A DNA stretch of 32,000 nucleotides from Nostoc sp. PCC 7120 = FACHB-418 (lineage in GTDB: Bacteria; Cyanobacteriota; Cyanobacteriia; Cyanobacteriales; Nostocaceae). The position numbers and the translations under genes are program-made. The stretch's first letter is position 1. Every line of letters starts with the position of its first letter. The stretch covers positions 420,001 to 452,000 of the forward strand of contig NC_003272.1 of the NCBI RefSeq assembly GCF_000009705.1, written 5' to 3'. Positions 28,247 through 32,000 of the stretch are shown piece by piece. Under the pieces are notes generated by a model. It did no database searches and was not told the origin of the DNA. It was given only the letters and a program-made list of their open reading frames with translations.

Positions 28247-29176
28247 CTAATCAGCAACGCCTAATTTTGAATTACCCAAAGAGTGGGAATTTTTTAACTG
28301 ATACTGTCGCCACTTCTCCTGCTGACGCATTCTTTTATCTTCCGTAAGACTATCAAAACAGTGGGGGCAAGAAATACCTTCCTCATACTGAAGAGATGCC
28401 TTATCTTCTTCAGCCAAGGGGTGTCCACAACAGAAACATAACTCATGAGTTCCCGGCTCTAACCCATGAACTACGGCGATACGTTCATCAAAAACAAAAC
28501 ATTCCCCTTGCCATAAACTCTCCTCTGGCGGGATTTGCTCTAGGTATTTGAGTATACCACCCTTGAGATGATACACCTCTGCAAAACCTTGAGAAAGCAT
28601 GAAAGATGAAGCCTTTTCGCAGCGAATACCCCCAGTACAAAACATAGCAACTTTTTTGTGCTGATTCGGGTCGAGGTTTTGGCGGACATATTCGGGGAAG
28701 TCTCGAAATGAGTTTGTTTGGGGATTTTGCGCCCCCTGGAAAGTACCGATATGTACCTCGTAATCATTGCGTGTATCAATAACAATCACTTCCGGGTCAG
28801 AAATCAACTCATTCCATTCTTCAGGGGTCACATAAGCACCCACCTGTTCATTAGGGTCTACTTCTGGTAAACCCAAGGTGACAATTTCTTTTTTCAGCCG
28901 CACTTTCATCCGTTCAAATGGCGGGGTGTCTGCGGTAGATTCTTTATGTTCTAGGTCTTGTAGGCGCAAGTCAGAACGTAGATAAGATAAAACATTGTCA
29001 ATGCTTAGACGCGAACCTGCAATTGTGCCGTTGATTCCTTCCTTAGCTAAGAGAATCGTACCCTTGATATTTTGGGCTAAACAATAAGCCAATAAGGGTT
29101 CTTGTTTCTCGGCAAAATCCGGCAAACTGACAAATTTATAAAATGCAGCAACGATTTGCGTATTTTCTTGGTTCAT
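28247..29176 (-). CDS. trhO: Rhodanese-domain protein of the UPF0176/YceA family (tRNA uridine(34) hydroxylase TrhO-like)
   Basis: Pattern VAAFYKF..., rhodanese active-site loop [13 protein letters not shown], and a C-terminal Cys cluster (CFCCGHP...CPHC). ATG 29176 (MNQENTQ) is preferred over the ORF-track start at 29230. Confidence 0.75.
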   Translation of the reverse strand: MNQENTQIVAAFYKFVSLPDFAEKQEPLLAYCLAQNIKGTILLAKEGINGTIAGSRLSIDNVLSYLRSDLRLQDLEHKESTADTPPFERMKVRLKKEIVTLGLPEVDPNEQVGAYVTPEEWNELISDPEVIVIDTRNDYEVHIGTFQGAQNPQTNSFRDFPEYVRQNLDPNQHKKVAMFCTGGIRCEKASSFMLSQGFAEVYHLKGGILKYLEQIPPEESLWQGECFVFDERIAVVHGLEPGTHELCFCCGHPLAEEDKASLQYEEGISCPHCFDSLTEDKRMRQQEKWRQYQLKNSHSLGNSKLGVAD

Positions 29177-29236
29177 CCCTTTGTAAAAAACAGAGTTTTC
29201 GGTTATGATAGCGGAGACTAATAAATTCAATTTTAC

Positions 29237-29309
29237 GGGGGTTTAGCTCAGTTGGTAGAGCGCCTGCTTTGCAAGCAGGATGTCAGCGGTTCGAGTCCGC
29301 TAACCTCCA
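29237..29309 (+). tRNA. tRNA-Ala (anticodon UGC)
   Basis: Hand-folded 73-nt cloverleaf: acceptor GGGGGTT/AACCTCC with the G3:U70 Ala identity pair, D arm GCTC-AGTTGGTA-GAGC, anticodon arm CCTGC-TTTGCAA-GCAGG, T arm AGCGG-TTCGAGT-CCGCT. CCA is not encoded. Confidence 0.9.
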
Positions 29310-29426
29310 TTGACGTAAATTAGGGTATAGGGGTATGGGGGAAAGAAAAGTGAATATGCAGCTCGCATTAAGCGCTTGCTGTTAAAAGGTATAGGGGTTT
29401 AGGGGAAAGAGTAAAACCAGATTCTT

Positions 29427-29570
29427 CCCTTACACCCTCATACCCTTACACCCTCATACCCTTACACCCTCATACCCTTACACCCTCATACCCTTACACC
29501 CTCATACCCTTACACCCTCATACCCTTATACCCTCATACCCTTATACCCTTATACCCCTACACCCTTACA
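29427..29570. repeat. STRR-type tandem repeat (CCTTACACCCTCATAC)n, the reverse complement of the octamer family at 20432-20533
   Basis: cccttacaccctcatacccttacaccctcatac..., about 8-9 units of 16 nt, read directly. Confidence 0.9.
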
Positions 29571-29573
29571 TAA

Positions 29574-30206
29574 TTAACGTTGAAAGACCACCGAAAGGTT
29601 ATTAGCAGGCATTTGGTAGGTTTTGTGCAGTTGGAGATTTTGTTGTTTAGCTGCTGCAATCACATCTTCCAGGTTGCGTACTCCCCACTCTGGATTTTGG
29701 GAACGTAAGGATTCATCGAAGGCGGCGTTACTTGGGGCGGTATGTTCTCCCCCTTGTTTATAAGGCCCGTAAAGATAAAGAATCCCACCTGGTGGCAAAA
29801 TCCGCCCCGCACCAGCCAACAGTCCCAAACAAGCTGACCAAGGGGAAATGTGAATCATATTGATATTAACTATGGCAGCAATGGGGGCATCCTGTAGAAT
29901 TGCGTCCCTTTCTACTGACCAAATTGGCTGACTCGCATCAAGTTCTACAGGTGGGTAAAGATTATCGCTGGGAAATTGTGCAATCCAGGCGGTGATACTA
30001 GCCCGTAATTCCGGATTGGGGTCAGAGGGTAGCCATTTACGTGGTTTGAGGCGGGGGGCAAAGAAAATGGCGTGTTCACCTGTACCACTGGCAATTTCTA
30101 GAATAGTGCCACTGGCAGGCAACACTTGTAAAAGCACTTCTAAGATGGGTTCGCGGTTGCGTTGTGTTGCTGGTGCATATTTGCGGGGGTCTTGTGGTGT
30201 GTTCAT
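29574..30206 (-). CDS. DUF938-family / class I SAM-dependent methyltransferase-like protein
   Basis: 210-aa ORF. N-terminal APATQRNREPILEVL, SAM-binding-like ILEIASGTGEHAIFFAP, then WLPSD. This pattern is typical of DUF938. Confidence 0.7.
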   Translation of the reverse strand: MNTPQDPRKYAPATQRNREPILEVLLQVLPASGTILEIASGTGEHAIFFAPRLKPRKWLPSDPNPELRASITAWIAQFPSDNLYPPVELDASQPIWSVERDAILQDAPIAAIVNINMIHISPWSACLGLLAGAGRILPPGGILYLYGPYKQGGEHTAPSNAAFDESLRSQNPEWGVRNLEDVIAAAKQQNLQLHKTYQMPANNLSVVFQR

Positions 30207-30416
30207 CTGGCTGTGTAGAGTAATTCATTATTAAACTAGCAGCGATGGGCTACCCTCCACCATAATCGTTGGTGTTCCGCCCAGCCTAGCTGACCGCCTG
30301 CTTTTAAAAGTGGCAAAATCAATTAGGCTATTCTGCTTTTAAGTTGCATAATTCATCGTGAAGACTGTTGACAGTTGACCGTTAACAGTTAACAGTCAAC
30401 AGCCCTTATTAGTAGT

Positions 30417-30555
30417 TAACGCCGTGTGCAACTTTCTCTCAAACCTAACCCCCAACCCCTTCCCTGCGAGGGAAGGGGAGCAAGATTCAAAGCCTCTCTC
30501 CGCTTCGGGGAGAGGTTTGGAGAGGGGTTTCAAAAATAAGTTGCACATCGCGTTA
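30417..30555. mobile_element. MITE-like small dispersed element
   Basis: 18-bp terminal inverted repeats TAACGCCGTGTGCAACTT (30417-30434) / AAGTTGCACATCGCGTTA (30538-30555), 16/18 complementary. They enclose two internal hairpins (CCCTTCCCTGCGAGGGAAGGGG and CCTCTCTCCGCTTCGGGGAGAGG). No coding capacity. Confidence 0.6.
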
Positions 30556-30620
30556 GTTATGCAATTTAGACCCGCATTAGCTTAGGCATTCATTTTGGAT
30601 AATATAGTCGGGAGTATCAC

Positions 30621-32000
30621 TTGCCGAAATTAATCAACTCTACCCAACCACCCCTAAAATTTATCCCCCATAGTTTTAACCCCCTCATCCTCAGGTTAAT
30701 GCAGTGGTTACTACCCCTGGTGTTGCGCTTTCGTACGCGCCCTTGGCTCCCGGCTGGTATCGTCAAAATTGAAGCAGAAAATTCCGAGATATTAGCAGAA
30801 CTTTATCAACAATTCCAAAGTGGGAAAATTCGCTTTTTAATGGCATTTCGCCACCCAGAGGTAGAAGACCCTCTGTGTATGTTGTACTTAATTTCTCGCA
30901 TTGTTCCACAGGTGGCGCGTCAAAAAGGTATTAAGTTGCAATACCCAGTTCACAGTCATTTTGTCTATGACAGAGGAATGACTATATGGGCTGGAAATTG
31001 GTTGGGTTGGTTGTTTTCTCAGTTGGGAGGTGTGCCAATTCGGCGCGGAAGACGGTTAGATAGGCAAGCTATTCAAACAGCAAGGGATTTATTCGCTAAC
31101 GCTCCATTCCCCATTGCTGTTGCCCCTGAAGGCGGGAATAATGGTCACAGTGGCATAGTCAGCCCTCTGGAACCCGGTGTTTCCCAATTGGGGTTTTGGT
31201 GTGTGGAAGACTTGAAAAAAGCTAACCGGACTGAAACTGTGGTGATTGTGCCGGTATCTATCCAATATCATTATGTTACGCCGCCTTGGTCTAAATTGGA
31301 TGAGTTGTTGAGTAAGTTAGAAGTTGATAGCGGTTTACCAGTGCAATCAGTTGGGGAGTCTGCAATCAATCAACCAGAAATTTATGCTCAACGCATCTGC
31401 CGCCTGGGTGAATATTTAATTACAGAGATGGAAGAGTTTTATCGCCGCTTCTATCATCAAGATATCCCCAACACCGTAGCCACAGAAGAATCTACCACGC
31501 CCAATCAGGTGTTAATTGCCAGACTGCATCATTTATTAGATAAAGCGTTACAAGTTTCCGAGCAGTATTTTGGTATTCCAGCCCAAGGTAATTTTATAGA
31601 CCGTTGTCGCCGTTTAGAAGAAGCCAGTTGGAATCGCATATATAGAGAAGATTTACCAGATATGGATAATTTACCTTCCTTCAAACGGGGACTCGCCGAC
31701 TGGGTAGCCCAAGAAGCAGACTTACGAATACAGCATATGCGTCTGGTAGAAAGTTTTGTGGCTGTGAATGCTACCTATATACAGGAAAAATATAGTGCAG
31801 ACAGATTTGCCGAGACGGCTTTACTAATGTTTGATATGCTTTCTCGCATACAAGAATCCACTCTACCAGGACGACCAAGGTTAGGTTTACGGGAGGCGGT
31901 AATTAAGGTAGGTGAGCCAATTTCTGTCACGGAACGCTGGGAAAAGGTGCATGATAACCGCCAAGCGGCTAAAAGGGCTGTGAATAATTTAACTCAAGAT
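30621..32000 (+). CDS. PlsC-like acyltransferase (1-acyl-sn-glycerol-3-phosphate acyltransferase family); 3' end lies beyond the window
   Basis: The frame is open from TTG 30621 to the window edge (460 codons) and is absent from the ORF track because it has no stop. Acyltransferase HX4D motif FRHPEVEDP and motif III VAPEGG are present. The start codon is uncertain. Confidence 0.6.
   Translation, partial: MPKLINSTQPPLKFIPHSFNPLILRLMQWLLPLVLRFRTRPWLPAGIVKIEAENSEILAELYQQFQSGKIRFLMAFRHPEVEDPLCMLYLISRIVPQVARQKGIKLQYPVHSHFVYDRGMTIWAGNWLGWLFSQLGGVPIRRGRRLDRQAIQTARDLFANAPFPIAVAPEGGNNGHSGIVSPLEPGVSQLGFWCVEDLKKANRTETVVIVPVSIQYHYVTPPWSKLDELLSKLEVDSGLPVQSVGESAINQPEIYAQRICRLGEYLITEMEEFYRRFYHQDIPNTVATEESTTPNQVLIARLHHLLDKALQVSEQYFGIPAQGNFIDRCRRLEEASWNRIYREDLPDMDNLPSFKRGLADWVAQEADLRIQHMRLVESFVAVNATYIQEKYSADRFAETALLMFDMLSRIQESTLPGRPRLGLREAVIKVGEPISVTERWEKVHDNRQAAKRAVNNLTQD

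Noticed and set aside
28540-31271. ORFs 28540-28785 (-), 29992-30234 (+) and 31089-31271 (-)
   Set aside because: They are alternate-frame or antisense overlaps with the trhO-like gene, the DUF938 gene and the open-ended acyltransferase gene, respectively.

Overview
The window is a cyanobacterial chromosome segment of the filamentous Nostoc/Anabaena type. Supporting signatures are about 21 HIP1 palindromes (GCGATCGC), several heptamer/octamer STRR tandem repeats, MITE-like elements, and roughly 40% GC.

The window splits into three parts.

(1) 0.1-14.2 kb is an accessory island of secreted or surface proteins. It holds a kexin/furin-like S8 subtilase with a P-domain and RTX Ca-binding repeats. 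Divergent from it are two tandem, mosaic paralogs of two-partner-secretion (TPS/FHA-type) beta-helical exoproteins. It also holds a calpain-like (C2) cysteine protease with an N-terminal PPC domain, a 1.07-kb very AT-rich non-coding gap, and a PEP-CTERM protein. No TpsB transporter, T1SS or exosortase gene lies in the window.

(2) 14.7-23.3 kb is mostly housekeeping. It contains a marR-MFS pair that overlaps across a C8 homopolymer, a PPP-type metallophosphoesterase, bioF, ruvA, sucrose-phosphate phosphatase, a nucleoside transporter and cobS.

(3) 23.8-27.9 kb is a stand-alone CRISPR adaptation module of cas1, cas2, a leader and an array. The array has 29 full 37-nt repeats, a truncated remnant and 29 spacers. 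No effector or cas6 gene is present in the window.

The array has a clearly bimodal spacer composition. Nine of the 17 leader-proximal spacers are 62-87% GC and read as GC3-saturated coding sequence from a high-GC organism. One spacer carries the reverse complement of the repeat's 3' handle.

Downstream of the array lie trhO, a tRNA-Ala(UGC), a DUF938 methyltransferase and a partial PlsC-like acyltransferase.

The most interesting candidates are the protease/TPS island and the unusual spacer content of the orphan adaptation module. All functional calls come from reading motifs by eye; no database search was possible.
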